Part shown: piece after piece, positions 36,021 through 36,121 of the stretch
How the letters are laid out: each line of letters begins with the position of its first letter
Position numbering within the stretch: the first letter of the stretch is position 1
Source: Octopus sinensis
Lineage: Eukaryota
Assembly (NCBI RefSeq): GCF_006345805.1
Contig: NW_021835854.1
Location: 1-36,121 of the forward strand
Length of the DNA stretch: 36,121 bases
Direction of reading: 5' to 3'
Position numbers and translations under genes: made by a program
Notes under the pieces: model-generated
Told to the model about the DNA's origin: nothing
Seen by the model: the letters and a program-made list of their open reading frames with translations, nothing else
Databases searched by the model: none

Positions 36021-36121
36021 CACTCACGAGTAATATCACCACACCACTATCAGAACACCCCTGCACACTCTTCAGCTCACTGCCCAAACCACACACCATC
36101 ATGCACACAACGACTCCCACA

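Overview
Eukaryotic, AT-rich, microsatellite-dense animal DNA. The repeat landscape suggests a cephalopod/Octopus-like genome, which is inference only. One host gene lies on the minus strand: a secreted or membrane leucine-rich-repeat (LRR) protein. It has a signal-peptide + LRRNT exon (26645-26826) and four intact 72-nt phase-2 LRR exons (18580-18651, 4079-4150, 1152-1223, 33-104) and continues past the left edge; three truncated exon copies sit among long GAA-rich blocks at 1.4-2.6 kb. Its introns are filled with decayed mobile elements: R4/Dong-like RLE LINEs in (AAT)n, L1/Tx1-like LINEs, Penelope-like elements, CR1, hAT/Buster, mariner and a possible Helitron. The most notable signal is RNA-level: 11 type I hammerhead ribozyme motifs. 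Nine lie one per unit in a ~494-bp x ~8.7 tandem array (31672-35990, retrozyme-like). One covarying relative sits inside an 88-bp inverted repeat (31372-31430), and one canonical GUC-cleaving motif lies in an LRR-gene intron in the sense orientation (15860-15945). Almost all long ORFs in the track are microsatellite artefacts. Element boundaries were read by eye and are approximate unless a junction is quoted.
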